From Candidatus Wolfebacteria bacterium RIFOXYD12_FULL_48_21 (GTDB lineage Bacteria > Patescibacteriota > Minisyncoccia > UBA6257 > UBA9933): a stretch of DNA of 64,000 nt. The stretch spans positions 70,179 to 134,178 of the forward strand of contig MGIW01000006.1 in assembly GCA_001793945.1 (NCBI GenBank). Direction: 5' to 3'. The position numbers and the translations under genes were made by a program. Of the stretch, positions 19,034-29,373 are shown in pieces. The notes beneath the pieces are model-generated. The model was not told where the DNA came from, did no database searches, and saw only the letters and a program-made list of their open reading frames with translations. Within the stretch, counting starts at the first letter, position 1. The number at the start of each line of letters is the position of its first letter.

Positions 19034-19459
19034 TCAGTCGCTGGGTCCGCGGTCGTTGATGGCTCCCAATTTGCGAGTGAATTCGCTTGCGCAGGCCTCG
19101 GCAATTTCTTGCCAGAGGGGAGGGTCGAGGAGGCGCTGGTTGCACGCTGTTGTTGCGGCATATGCTTCCTCGACATCAGATGCGTCACTACACATTCTCT
19201 CGATTCTTTCCCGGTAGTCGTTCCGGAATGGCGAGAAAATGATCAAGGATTGGATTATCGTATCCTTCATTTCCGTATCACTGGTTTGTTCGGCCACGCT
19301 CATCAACGCGTCAGCCGATTCTTTCGTGCCGATGAGCCCGAGTTGCATCACGGCGAGTGTCGCCGATTCCATGTCGTCTTTATTGGCGATAATGCCCGTT
19401 AAGACGGCGATGCGTTTTTGGATGATTTCGTTGACGATTTCCCTTGGGTCAGTCTGCAC
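19034..19459 (-). CDS. Hypothetical protein
   Basis: ORF only. Confidence 0.35.
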   Translation of the reverse strand: MQTDPREIVNEIIQKRIAVLTGIIANKDDMESATLAVMQLGLIGTKESADALMSVAEQTSDTEMKDTIIQSLIIFSPFRNDYRERIERMCSDASDVEEAYAATTACNQRLLDPPLWQEIAEACASEFTRKLGAINDRGPSD

Positions 19460-19568
19460 TGGCGTATCCTCCCGTATAAAATTAGTTGGTTAACTGCTGT
19501 TATTTGTATAGCAATATGGGGTGTATTTGTAAAGACCGCACGCCTTGGGCGTGCGGTCTTTACATGCA

Positions 19569-21299
19569 TCAGTCGATGATGAATGTGCGGGCTCCGAATG
19601 GAACATCGCGTTCCCGTTCCGGAAGCAGGTAGAACATATTTTTTTCCTTTTGCTTTCCCGGAGTGAATGTGTCGGTGATGAACATGACGGTTTGTGTCGG
19701 CATGGGCATGCCGCGGACCTCCGTGCCTCCCGTATGCACGATGATGTACTTTGGCGTTTCCTTTGGGAGCGCGTTGAGTTCGCGCCCGAGGTCTACATAG
19801 TTTTGCGCAAATGCGCCGAAGGTGTTCGGGTCCTTGTTCCAGCGCTGGAAGTATATATAGTAGGCTTCGCAGGGGAGCAGTACGAGCACGATGATCGCTA
19901 AGATCTTCAACAGCATTTCCTTTACATGCGACCATGTCGATTCCGGGTCGGCGCCCTTTGCGAATGCGAGCAGGCGGTCGTACAGCCAAATGCCTCCCGC
20001 TCCGGCAAGGATGAATACAGGCGGGATCATGAGGATCGCGCGAAGTGCGTGGGGGATGCCTTCATTGGATATGACGACCGGCAGCGCGGCTACCAATAAC
20101 CATGCAAGGGGGATGAGCAATGCGAGCGGCGGCGTGCGTTCGGCGAGTGTGGCCGTTTCCGAAATGGCGGAATGTGTTTCTTCGAACGCGGTGCCCTTAA
20201 ACAAGCGGATCAGAAATGTCCACGCTGCGCCGAGCGCTCCGAGCATGCCGACGAGGAACATGAGCCCAACCGGCCAAAAGAGTTCCGCCCGACCGGCAAG
20301 GTTGTGGCGCCAGTTCATGTCGCCTTGTACGAAGAACATGCCTATTGTCTTTCCTATATTAATAACAAGCGAGAAGATGGGGTGTTCTGCGCTGAACACG
20401 GATATTTGACTGGTGCGTCCAAAGAAATCCTGCGGGTTCATGGCAAAGTGCCACACCAACGGGAGTACTGCAAATGCCGCCGCGGCGGCAAATATGACAA
20501 ATGTTTTCGCCAGTTCTTTACGCGCGTCCTTCATGGAGAAATACCAATAGACGAACATTGCCATGGGTATCAATGGCATGATGCGATAGGCGATGTAGCT
20601 GTTGAACCCGAGGCCAAACACAAAACCCGCGGCGACCGAAAAGAGCAGGGTATAGAGGTTGAGGCCCCAATAGGTCTTTTCTTTTGGTACGGCGAACACG
20701 CTCGGCGCTCCCAGCTCTGGTGTTATCGTTTCCGCCTGTTGTCGCATTTTAAACTCTTCCAACTTACGCGCGATCATGAGCGTAAGATAGGTTCCCCATG
20801 TCATGAAAAACGGCGCCATGATGGCGCGAAACCCGATGCGCGAAAAAATGATGTGCCAAAAGGATGTCGCAATGCAGAATGCCGCAAGGAGTGCTATTTT
20901 TTCATGGCGACGAATGCGCGGTTCGCGTTCTTCGTCCACATGACTTTGCTTTGCAGGAAGAAACAGTTCGCGGGTCAATACAAAAACGCCTGCGACCGTA
21001 AGAATGCCAAAGAGTGCGCTTACCAAACGCAATGCCCATGGCTCATTGCCAAAAATCGCTATTGATAGTGCCTGCAGGTTTATGAAGAAACCTTCCCGCC
21101 CGTTGTTTTCCGGGTAGAATGTTTTGAACTGTCCGGTAGACAATGCTTCGAGCGCGTTGTTGCCATTCATGGCTTCGTCGGGGTAGAGTCCCGGCGGCGC
21201 TTCTGAAATGTTGTAGAGCCTTAGGAAAGAGGCTATAATAATAACACCAAACAGGAGAAGCGCGGCGAATCGTTTTGGATTTGTAAAAAGCGGCGTCAT
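19569..21299 (-). CDS. GT-C family 39 glycosyltransferase (ArnT/PMT-like)
   Basis: Multi-TM with N-terminal LYPDEAMNGNNALE...FFINLQA, the DE-loop typical of GT39. Confidence 0.7.
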   Translation of the reverse strand: MTPLFTNPKRFAALLLFGVIIIASFLRLYNISEAPPGLYPDEAMNGNNALEALSTGQFKTFYPENNGREGFFINLQALSIAIFGNEPWALRLVSALFGILTVAGVFVLTRELFLPAKQSHVDEEREPRIRRHEKIALLAAFCIATSFWHIIFSRIGFRAIMAPFFMTWGTYLTLMIARKLEEFKMRQQAETITPELGAPSVFAVPKEKTYWGLNLYTLLFSVAAGFVFGLGFNSYIAYRIMPLIPMAMFVYWYFSMKDARKELAKTFVIFAAAAAFAVLPLVWHFAMNPQDFFGRTSQISVFSAEHPIFSLVINIGKTIGMFFVQGDMNWRHNLAGRAELFWPVGLMFLVGMLGALGAAWTFLIRLFKGTAFEETHSAISETATLAERTPPLALLIPLAWLLVAALPVVISNEGIPHALRAILMIPPVFILAGAGGIWLYDRLLAFAKGADPESTWSHVKEMLLKILAIIVLVLLPCEAYYIYFQRWNKDPNTFGAFAQNYVDLGRELNALPKETPKYIIVHTGGTEVRGMPMPTQTVMFITDTFTPGKQKEKNMFYLLPERERDVPFGARTFIID

Positions 21300-21457
21300 G
21301 ATGCGAATGAGCGAACGGAATCGGAGAACTGTCGCTTTGCTGCATGGGCAACGCTTTGCATTTCACTCGATCGCATACGCTCGTATGGGTAATTAAGTTT
21401 ATTATCTATAAGTATATAGGAAGTCGCCTGTTTTTAACATAATCATTTCATTATCTC

Positions 21458-21898
21458 ATGGCAGAAGAAACAACAAACCAAGTTTCCGTTTCCGCCGAGA
21501 ACATCGTTGCGAAGATGCGCGCGCATCCGTTCGCATATGTCACATATTATTTGGGAGGGCTGTTCATTTTTTTGGTTTCCTATTGGTATGGCTATATGTA
21601 TACCGCAGCCGGCCTGCTCGTGCTAATCGCGAGCGAAGTGCTCCGCCGCGCAGATACATTCTTTATTTTGAACGAAGGGATCTCGCGCAACTTCTCTTTG
21701 TTTTCCACAAAGCATATTTTTACCGGATATGACCAGATCCGCACCGTTGCCGTTTCGCAAGGGCCCATTGACCGTATTTTTGGCATCGGCGATGTGCGCA
21801 TGACCACCGTGGGACTGGACGAGGGAACGATACAGTTTTCCGGGGTTAAGAAGCCGTATGAGGTTGCTAAGATGATAGAGGCTAGGCTTAGCGAATAA
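21458..21898 (+). CDS. Bacterial PH-domain (bPH_2/DUF304) membrane protein
   Basis: Two TM helices then IFGIGDVRMTTVG. Confidence 0.55.
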   Translation: MAEETTNQVSVSAENIVAKMRAHPFAYVTYYLGGLFIFLVSYWYGYMYTAAGLLVLIASEVLRRADTFFILNEGISRNFSLFSTKHIFTGYDQIRTVAVSQGPIDRIFGIGDVRMTTVGLDEGTIQFSGVKKPYEVAKMIEARLSE

Positions 21899-21966
21899 AT
21901 ACATGAGGCTTTTTTTGAGATGCACTACTCTCGTTCACAGTTAACAGTTCACGGTTTATAGTAACT

Positions 21967-22362
21967 ATGGAAGAACAATTGGAACAACAAAATAAAATAG
22001 AGGCCGACATTCATAAGGTCGGACAGGAAGTAAAGGAGCAAATAGGGGGAAGCGCAACGCCCGAAGTCACGGAGCGTGCATTGGTGCGGCAGTCGTTACA
22101 CCCCATGGTAAAAGCGCCGGCCGTTGCGGTGCCGCAATCTGGCCAACCCACGGCCGTAGACATGGAACTTCCGGTTTATTTGCACGACGCTTCCGCGGCC
22201 ATCAAAGATCGCGTAGAGCGGCTCGTTGAAGACGCATTCAAACATGGCGTCGAGCACGCCGCAGTCGAAGCGCAGAAGTCGGGCCCGTTTATCGTTGATG
22301 CATTGCATGATGCGCTTTCTGATAAATTCTACGAAGAATTAAAGAAGCGTAATATTGTTTAA
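21967..22362 (+). CDS. Hypothetical protein
   Basis: ORF only. Confidence 0.35.
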   Translation: MEEQLEQQNKIEADIHKVGQEVKEQIGGSATPEVTERALVRQSLHPMVKAPAVAVPQSGQPTAVDMELPVYLHDASAAIKDRVERLVEDAFKHGVEHAAVEAQKSGPFIVDALHDALSDKFYEELKKRNIV

Positions 22363-22365
22363 AAA

Positions 22366-24744
22366 ATGGCCACCATTTTTACCTCTATCATTATCTTTGC
22401 CATTGCACTGCTTGTCGTAGGCGGTGCCATTTTGTTTTTTATGCGGCAAAAGGAGCGCAAGGTGCGCATGAAGCAGGCGCTCGACCTGAGCCTGCTTTTA
22501 TTGCGGTTCCCGCGCATTGCGCGGGAAGAACGCGAGCGAAAAGATTTCAAGGACGAGATCAATCTTTCCGCACAGCTTTACAGCACGCTTCTTGGGCTCA
22601 AGGTACCATTTGCGCTTGAAGTTGCGGTGCATCATGTCGGCGAAGAGATCCATTTCTATGTTGGCGTGCCAAAGGGATCGATGGATCCGGTACGGCGTCA
22701 GATCGAGGGTCTTTTTGCGGAGGTACAGGTGGAGCCGATCGATGATTACAATATATTCAATGCGACTGGCGTGAGCGCCGGTGTGTATGTAAAACAGCGC
22801 TATTCCTATGCGCTGCCTATTCGTACCTATCAGGAGGCGAATGTCGACACATTTTCTTCCATCTTGAGCGGATTTTCCAAGGTCAGCGAAGTTGGCGAGG
22901 GTGCCGCATTGCAGGTGCTTGTTCGCCCTGCGCCTGAATCTTCCAAGAAATCCATTTTTAAAATGATCGGGCAACTGCGGCACGGCGAAAAGTTTGAAGA
23001 TGTTTTGCAGAGCGGCAGCGATACGCTTGCGCTTATGAAAAAGATCGCCGCCGGAGCGCCTGCCGAACAGCCGATGCCCGAGCAGCCACGCATTGTCAAC
23101 GAAGATGCCGTAAAGGCGCTTGAGTCAAAAGTAGGCAAGTCGTTGGTGCTCGCGAATGTGCGCATCGTTACTTCCGCCATCAATCCACTGCAGTCCGAAG
23201 ACTTGCTTAACGGCATCGCTTCCGGGTTCGCGCAATTTTCCGCGCCGTTTCGGCAAGAATTGCGCATTGCCAAGCCGAAGCAGCTGCAGCGTTTTTTGCG
23301 ACAATATTCGTTCCGCGAATTCGACGATGCCACTGCTATCTGCTTGAACACCGAAGAGATTGCGAGTTTGTTCCATATGCCGACGCCTTCGCTTGATGTG
23401 CCGCGCGTCAAAGCGCTTGAATCGCGCGAGGCTGCGCCGCCGGAGAATTTGCCGACCGAAGGTACGCTGATCGGAGAAAATTCGTTCCGCGGCGATGTGC
23501 GGCCTATTTATCTTACGCCGCAGGACCGCATGCGCCATGTGTATGCCATTGGGCAAACGGGTACCGGTAAATCGACACTGTTGGTGCAAATGGCGCTCGA
23601 AGACATTCGCCAAGGGAAGGGCGTGTGTATTATCGATCCGCATGGCGAATTGGTCGACAAGACCTTGAGCCTTATCCCCGAGCATCGTTATGAAGATGTG
23701 ATCGTGTTCGACCCGGCAGACATTGCATCGCCCATGGGTTTGAATATGCTTGAGTATGATTTTAGCCGACCCGAACAGAAGTCGTTTATCGTCGACGAAC
23801 TGTATGGCATCATGGACAAGTTGTACGACATGAAGACCTCGGGTGGTCCGATGTTTGAGCTGTACATGAAAAATGCAGTTCTGCTGCTTATGGAGGATGC
23901 GCCCAATGAGCCTGCGACGCTTATGGAAATCCAGCGGCTCTTTACCGACGACGCATTTCGCGAGCGCAAGCTGGCACGGATACATAATCCGGTCGTGATC
24001 GATTTTTGGGAAAAGGAGGCGGCCAAGGCAAGCGGGGAACATTCGCTTGCGAACATGTCGGCGTATATTACATCAAAGTTCAATGTGTTCACGACGAACG
24101 ATTTTATGCGGCCTATTATTGGACAGCCGCATTCGGCATTCAATTTTCGGCAAGCCATGGACGAAGGGAAAATATTGCTCATCAGCTTGTCCAAGGGCAA
24201 GATTGGCGATTTCAATATGGGATTACTCGGCATGGTCATCGTGGGTAAGATATTGATGGCCGCGTTGTCGCGCACCGATATTCCCGAAGCGGAACGCAAA
24301 GAGTTCAATTTGTATCTGGATGAGTTTCAAAACTTTACGACCGATGCCATATCGACCATATTTTCCGAAGCACGCAAATATGCGCTGAGCCTTACGGTCG
24401 CGCACCAGTATATCGGCCAAATGTCCGACAAGATCCGAACATCCGTGTTCGGCAATGTGGGTTCGAAGATTATATTGCGCGTGGGCATGGACGATGCGGA
24501 AGTGTTCGAGCGGGACCTTGTGCCGACATTTACCAAAAATGACCTTACAAACTTGAAGGCCGGACAGGCCTATGCCAAACTGTTATTGAATGGGCAGGTT
24601 ACCCGACCGTTCAACCTGCAGCTCGTCAATGTACAATGGGGCGACCGTTCGTTGGTAGAAAAATTGCGCGAGCTTTCCCGATTGAAATATGGACGAAACC
24701 GTGCGGAGGTGGAAGAGGAAATTTTACACAGGCTTAGACTATAA
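22366..24744 (+). CDS. VirD4/TraG/TraD-like coupling-protein ATPase (FtsK/HerA superfamily) with N-terminal TM
   Basis: Walker A GQTGTGKST. Walker B LYLDEFQNF. C-terminal TraD/TraG-like region. Confidence 0.6.
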   Translation: MATIFTSIIIFAIALLVVGGAILFFMRQKERKVRMKQALDLSLLLLRFPRIAREERERKDFKDEINLSAQLYSTLLGLKVPFALEVAVHHVGEEIHFYVGVPKGSMDPVRRQIEGLFAEVQVEPIDDYNIFNATGVSAGVYVKQRYSYALPIRTYQEANVDTFSSILSGFSKVSEVGEGAALQVLVRPAPESSKKSIFKMIGQLRHGEKFEDVLQSGSDTLALMKKIAAGAPAEQPMPEQPRIVNEDAVKALESKVGKSLVLANVRIVTSAINPLQSEDLLNGIASGFAQFSAPFRQELRIAKPKQLQRFLRQYSFREFDDATAICLNTEEIASLFHMPTPSLDVPRVKALESREAAPPENLPTEGTLIGENSFRGDVRPIYLTPQDRMRHVYAIGQTGTGKSTLLVQMALEDIRQGKGVCIIDPHGELVDKTLSLIPEHRYEDVIVFDPADIASPMGLNMLEYDFSRPEQKSFIVDELYGIMDKLYDMKTSGGPMFELYMKNAVLLLMEDAPNEPATLMEIQRLFTDDAFRERKLARIHNPVVIDFWEKEAAKASGEHSLANMSAYITSKFNVFTTNDFMRPIIGQPHSAFNFRQAMDEGKILLISLSKGKIGDFNMGLLGMVIVGKILMAALSRTDIPEAERKEFNLYLDEFQNFTTDAISTIFSEARKYALSLTVAHQYIGQMSDKIRTSVFGNVGSKIILRVGMDDAEVFERDLVPTFTKNDLTNLKAGQAYAKLLLNGQVTRPFNLQLVNVQWGDRSLVEKLRELSRLKYGRNRAEVEEEILHRLRL

Positions 24745-24756
24745 TAAGAGAGTCGG

Positions 24757-24851
24757 CATTGTCATCCCGATCCGCCAGCAGGCGGAGAGGGGTCTGTAGC
24801 AAAAAGCAGATTCCTCGGCTTCGAAGAGTACTTCTTCGCTCGAAATGACAG
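24757..24851. repeat. MITE-like element with GTCATCCCGA / TCGAAATGACAG inverted termini
   Basis: cattgtcatcccga...cagattcctcggcttcgaagagtacttcttcgctcgaaatgacag. Near-identical internal block at 56494-56581. Confidence 0.7.
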
Positions 24852-24855
24852 TGCC

Positions 24856-25218
24856 GTGCACTCATTTTTTACCATGTTTTTACCCAACATTATCAAAGAT
24901 ACCTACTTGCGCGTGGTCCTTGCGGTCAGCTTTGCGCTGCACCTCATCATTACCGCGCTTATGTCGGTAAAGTTCATATCCCGACGGGAGGCTATCGTAC
25001 TGCATTTTGATGCCTATCGGGGGATCGATTTCGTTGGCGGACGCATCGACCTGTTTGGTACGCTTTTTTCCGGTTTCATTATACTTGCGCTTAATTTTCT
25101 GCTTGCCGATTTCCTCTATTCCCGCGACCGGTTCTTTTCGTATTTGCTTTCGTTTGCAAGTTTGTTGCTTGCCATATTGATGGCCGTGGCTATGATGGTT
25201 GTGTACTTGGTCAATTGA
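24856..25218 (+). CDS. Hypothetical membrane protein
   Basis: Three to four hydrophobic helices. Confidence 0.4.
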   Translation: MHSFFTMFLPNIIKDTYLRVVLAVSFALHLIITALMSVKFISRREAIVLHFDAYRGIDFVGGRIDLFGTLFSGFIILALNFLLADFLYSRDRFFSYLLSFASLLLAILMAVAMMVVYLVN

Positions 25219-25287
25219 CAGGTTTTAATAATAGTGTTACTGTTATTTCAGGTCTTAGTTACATAACCAATACGAGTGGAGGAAGTC

Positions 25288-25581
25288 ATGGCCGAAGAAG
25301 ATGAAAATATTCTTGCAAGCGGGAAAAGCGTTGCGGAAGAGCTTATTTTTACGCTTTCCAGATTGATCAAAAGCAAAGGTGGGTCCTCCTTTGAGGATCT
25401 GCTATACCTCGTCAGTCCGGACGGTCTCGCATTCCTTGACGATCTTGCTTCGCAGATTGTTGAGTATCGGCGGGAGCTGCTTACCCGTGGCGTCGCGCCT
25501 GTCGGAGTGCCAGACGGCGTGATGGTGTCGCAGCCTGCTGCGCAGCAGCAGGGTACCGAAATGCCCGGGTTCCTATTTTGA
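25288..25581 (+). CDS. Hypothetical protein
   Basis: A GGAGG Shine-Dalgarno precedes the ATG. Confidence 0.45.
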   Translation: MAEEDENILASGKSVAEELIFTLSRLIKSKGGSSFEDLLYLVSPDGLAFLDDLASQIVEYRRELLTRGVAPVGVPDGVMVSQPAAQQQGTEMPGFLF

Positions 25582-25604
25582 TTTTTAGGCTCCTTGGTTT
25601 TGCA

Positions 25605-25632
25605 AAGCCCCGCTTCGGCGGGGCTTTTTTAT
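25605..25632. terminator. Bidirectional terminator
   Basis: aaagccccgc ttcg gcggggcttttttatt. Confidence 0.6.
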
Positions 25633-26418
25633 TTATGCTTTTGCGACCACAAGGGCAAATATCTTTTTTGCCCCCGCTTGTTTCAGTGTGCGCGCCGCTT
25701 CCGATAGCGTAGCGCCGGAGGTGGAAACATCGTCTATGAGAATAATGGTTTTGTTGCGAACGGCGGCGAGGCGCGGCACGGCAAATGCGCCGTGCATGCG
25801 AGCGAGGCGCGCTATGCGCTTTTTTGTTTGCGCTTGCGGGTCGTTGTCGATCAATTTTATAAGCAGTTCGTCGTAGGGGAGCTGTATCGTGCGTGCGAAT
25901 GACCGTGCAATGAGCGCCGATTGGTTGAAGCCCCGGTTGCGTTCCTTGTGCATGTGTAGGGGAATGGGAACGACGATCGGCGATGCTGAAAGCAGTCTTG
26001 GTTTCGGGTCGAGTGCGTTTATGTATTCGACAAGCAGTGTTGCAAAAACAGGAGCGAGGGAATGGACCTTTTCATACTTGCATTGGTGGATGCATGCGCG
26101 AATGATCGGGTCGGCGTAGTGCGTTGCCGCGCCGAGCAGGTAGGGATATTGGTCGCGCTTGCTTTTTCCGTGCGTGCAGATGTTTTTGTTATCTGCCATG
26201 CGGGCGTTACATATCGGGCAGATCAGGGCTGTTTGTTTGACGATTGTGGCAAGGCACATATTACATAGCGGCGCTGTTTCATCGTTTAGATATGCTTCGC
26301 AATATGCGCAGAGCGGGGGAAAGAGTATGTCGAGGGCGTATCGCGAAATACGGAATAGGAAAAAGGAAATATGTGAAAGGCCATATGCATTTGTGGTTTC
26401 TTCTGCTTCGTTTTTCAT
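25633..26418 (-). CDS. comF: ComF-family protein (phosphoribosyltransferase-like competence protein)
   Basis: N-terminal Cys clusters. C-terminal ILIDDVSTSGATL PRT motif. Confidence 0.75.
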   Translation of the reverse strand: MKNEAEETTNAYGLSHISFFLFRISRYALDILFPPLCAYCEAYLNDETAPLCNMCLATIVKQTALICPICNARMADNKNICTHGKSKRDQYPYLLGAATHYADPIIRACIHQCKYEKVHSLAPVFATLLVEYINALDPKPRLLSASPIVVPIPLHMHKERNRGFNQSALIARSFARTIQLPYDELLIKLIDNDPQAQTKKRIARLARMHGAFAVPRLAAVRNKTIILIDDVSTSGATLSEAARTLKQAGAKKIFALVVAKA

Positions 26419-26497
26419 ATTCCCTGTTTCGTTTTCCGTGCTTCTGTAGTATAGTATACGATAATAGCGTACGGAAACGTATTTTTATTGCATCATC

Positions 26498-27583
26498 ATG
26501 TTCGGAATAAAATTGTTTGGCACATCTTCATATCTTGGCGTCGATATCGGAACTACATCCATCAAAATTGCCGAGATCGGCAAGGGTGGGCATGGTCCCG
26601 AATTGCAGAACTACGGTATTTTGGAGAGCTATGGCCATTTGGAACGGGTCAATAACGCCATTCAGACGAGCGCGCTCAAGATCATGGAGGCGGACACCAT
26701 CCAGCTGTTAAAGACATTGATCAAGCATTCCAATTTTAAATCGCGCGACGCGATTGCTTCCCTACCGTCGTTCGCCGCGTTCATCACATTGTTTGAAATG
26801 CCGCAAATGAACGACGCAGATATCGCAAAGACGATGCAATTTCAGATCGGACAATATATTCCGCTTCCTCTTACCGAAGTTTCCATTGATTGGCTCAAGG
26901 TGGGCGAGCGGCAGGATGACCAAGGGTTCGTCAAGGAGCAAATATTACTCGTGTCCATACCAAATGAAACGATTGAAAAGTATCAGCGTATTTTTGCCGC
27001 CGCAGGCTTGCGGTTGCGTGCCATTGAAATAGAAAGCCTTGCGCTGTTGCGTTCAGTCTCCGATGCAAACATGCCGCCGACGATGGTCGTCGACATCGGT
27101 TCGCGATCGACGAACATCGCGGTCGTGGACAAGGGAAATCTCCGCTACAATTTTCAAACTGATATGTCAGGCGCGGGCATTACACAAGCCCTTGCTGGCG
27201 GGTTGGGAATCAAGATCCGCCGTGCGGAAAAATTGAAACGCGAGCGCGGCATCCTTGGCGGTTCCGAATCTGAACTATCCACATTGATGATGCCGTTCGT
27301 AGATGCTATACTGAATGAGGTAAAGCGCGTAAAAACAAAATACGAACAAAGCTTCGGTACCGTGGTCACGCAAGTGATCCTTGCCGGAGGCGGTTCAAAG
27401 ATGCCGGGTCTTGCTCCCTATGCGCAGGAGCAACTCGGACTTCCTATTGTGATCGCCGATCCGTTTCAAAAGATCCATTATCCTGCGGCGCTTGAACCCA
27501 TCGTGCGTGACCTCGGTCCTTCGTTTGCCATTTCCATCGGTCTCGGCATCAAGGAATTTGTCGAGGCACATCCCGCGGTCTAA
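26498..27583 (+). CDS. pilM: Type IV pilus assembly protein PilM (actin-like ATPase)
   Basis: [15 protein letters not shown] and the overall PilM architecture. Confidence 0.85.
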   Translation: MFGIKLFGTSSYLGVDIGTTSIKIAEIGKGGHGPELQNYGILESYGHLERVNNAIQTSALKIMEADTIQLLKTLIKHSNFKSRDAIASLPSFAAFITLFEMPQMNDADIAKTMQFQIGQYIPLPLTEVSIDWLKVGERQDDQGFVKEQILLVSIPNETIEKYQRIFAAAGLRLRAIEIESLALLRSVSDANMPPTMVVDIGSRSTNIAVVDKGNLRYNFQTDMSGAGITQALAGGLGIKIRRAEKLKRERGILGGSESELSTLMMPFVDAILNEVKRVKTKYEQSFGTVVTQVILAGGGSKMPGLAPYAQEQLGLPIVIADPFQKIHYPAALEPIVRDLGPSFAISIGLGIKEFVEAHPAV

Positions 27584-27585
27584 GG

Positions 27586-27780
27586 GGTGTGAGTATGGAG
27601 GCACGAGGTGTGAGATATGAGGTATGAGGTATGAGGTATGAGATATGAGGTATGAGATATGAGAATAAGATATATCTCTCGCCTCCCATCTCCCATCTCC
27701 CATCTCCCATCTCCCATCTCCCATCTCCCATCTCCCATCTCCCATCTCCCATCTCCCATCTCCCATCTCCCATCTCCCAT
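27586..27780. repeat. Heptanucleotide tandem array of about 28 units: (gtatgag-type) x14 then (ctcccat) x14
   Basis: Read directly. 7-bp periodicity is continuous from the pilM stop to the pilN ATG at 27779. Confidence 0.9.
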
Positions 27781-28327
27781 GTCGTATACCCAATCAGTTC
27801 TGCAAACAGAATTATCAAAACAGCGTGAAGCTGCAGCTGGCTGGCCATGGCGGCTGATGACATTTTCTTTTGTCGTCTTCCTCGCAGTCGCAGCTGTATA
27901 TATCGGCATGCGATTTGGCTTCGAGAAAGTTTATTTGAAGCGCGCATTGTCTCAAGAAGAGGCTGAGTTTACTTCGACCTTCAAATCGGTAAGCACGGAA
28001 GAGCAAAAGTCCGTTTTTAATTTTTATTCGCAGTTAAGCAATATTGATACCTTGTTGAAAAAACAAGGGAAAGCGACTCCCCATCTTTCATTCATTGAGC
28101 AAAATACCCTTAAGACGGTCACATATTCCGGCATGGATCTTCGATTTGCCGATCGTTCTGTCGTTATCGTTCTGAATGGCAAGACCGCGGCTTATGCGTC
28201 GGTCGTTCAGCAGCTTGAACTGTACAAACGAGTTTCGACCGTTACTGAAGTTAAATTATTGGGCGCCCGTTTTATTAGTCCGGCCGAGGGTGTTGATTTT
28301 TCCATTCAAATAACCGCAGCGCGTTGA
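27779..28327 (+). CDS. pilN: PilN-like pilus assembly protein (possible N-terminal extension to 27659 through the repeat)
   Basis: Short cytoplasmic N-terminus, one TM helix, periplasmic domain. Position between pilM and pilO. Confidence 0.6.
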   Translation: MSYTQSVLQTELSKQREAAAGWPWRLMTFSFVVFLAVAAVYIGMRFGFEKVYLKRALSQEEAEFTSTFKSVSTEEQKSVFNFYSQLSNIDTLLKKQGKATPHLSFIEQNTLKTVTYSGMDLRFADRSVVIVLNGKTAAYASVVQQLELYKRVSTVTEVKLLGARFISPAEGVDFSIQITAAR

Positions 28328-28337
28328 TCCGTATCTT

Positions 28338-28922
28338 ATGAAATACCTGTCAAAACGATTCGCCAGTATTCTTCTCTCGTTTACATTTTTCGCGTTTGCG
28401 CTTGTTCTGTATGCAAACTTTATCGGGCCTGCCTATGACACCATTAAGGCAGAACAGGGCAAGCTTATTGCGGCGCGGCAAAAGAACGCTGAGTATACGA
28501 GCATTTTTACCCGCCTAAAGCAGGCATCTTCCGAATTTCAGCAGTCATCTGAAGTGCAAAACCGCGTATCCATGGCGTTGCCGCTTGCCGCAAATGTTCC
28601 CGATTCCATGAACCAGCTCTCTGTAATCGCTACGGCGAATGGATTGACCATTACTTCCATCGATATCGTAAATGCGCCAGTCGTTCCGTCCAGCGTGGGA
28701 AAGGCGGGGGAGTCTTCGTTGATCAAAGGCGTTGGTGTGCTAAAAAACTCCATTCGATTAACCGGGACATATGACCAACTGAAGTCCTTTTTGCAAGGCA
28801 TCGAAACCGGCGTACGCATCGCGAGTATTTCTTCCGTAAAAATAGACAAAATCGCAAATCCGATCACGCCCGGCACCATGGGCATAACGGTCGAAGTCGA
28901 AACATATTATCAGGTCAATTAA
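28338..28922 (+). CDS. pilO: PilO-like pilus assembly protein
   Basis: N-terminal TM plus coiled coil. Gene order pilM-N-O. Confidence 0.6.
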   Translation: MKYLSKRFASILLSFTFFAFALVLYANFIGPAYDTIKAEQGKLIAARQKNAEYTSIFTRLKQASSEFQQSSEVQNRVSMALPLAANVPDSMNQLSVIATANGLTITSIDIVNAPVVPSSVGKAGESSLIKGVGVLKNSIRLTGTYDQLKSFLQGIETGVRIASISSVKIDKIANPITPGTMGITVEVETYYQVN

Positions 28923-28930
28923 TATTTATC

Positions 28931-29224
28931 ATGGCAATCGTACTTGAAAAGGAACAAAAAAGTTTTGATTGGAACTTCATACTCGGTATTATGGCCGTTG
29001 TTGGAATCGTCGGTGCGGCTGTCGTGTATTTGTTTTTTGTCAGTCCTGAGACCGTGCAGCAGTTGACGACTCCGGAGCAAAAGACGCTAAGCGAATTTTC
29101 ACAGGTAAGATTTCGACCGGAAGAGATATTAAATAGTGCTGCGTTTCAAAGTCTTCGCACTTTGGCGCCGATGACGGTGCCAAGTGGGGCTGAGGTTGGG
29201 AAATTAAACCCCTTCCTTCAATAA
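28931..29224 (+). CDS. Small membrane protein (pilus-associated?)
   Basis: One TM helix. Located in the pilus operon. Confidence 0.4.
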   Translation: MAIVLEKEQKSFDWNFILGIMAVVGIVGAAVVYLFFVSPETVQQLTTPEQKTLSEFSQVRFRPEEILNSAAFQSLRTLAPMTVPSGAEVGKLNPFLQ

Positions 29225-29373
29225 TCCGTTTTGCTGGCGAACTACCGCGTTGCCTTCCTCGTTTGCTCCCGCGAAGGAGTTTACTCCATCTTGGTTGCAA
29301 GCCTTGTCGGCGCCTTGTATTTCACTCAGCCAAACAAATTATTGTCGTATATGATTGAAATTGAATAAGCCAT

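Noticed and set aside
23125-24308. Long antisense ORFs of 305 and 206 aa inside the VirD4-like gene
   Set aside because: Shadow ORFs of a high-GC coding region. They are rich in Arg and His and have no motifs.
27586-27780. Possible CRISPR array
   Set aside because: The unit is 7 bp with no spacers. It is a simple tandem repeat, not a repeat-spacer architecture. No cas genes are present.
27395-27947. Three overlapping minus-strand ORFs encoding MGDGRWE repeats
   Set aside because: They are translations of the heptanucleotide array (7 nt x 3 = 21 nt periodicity) and overlap pilN on the opposite strand. Not genes.
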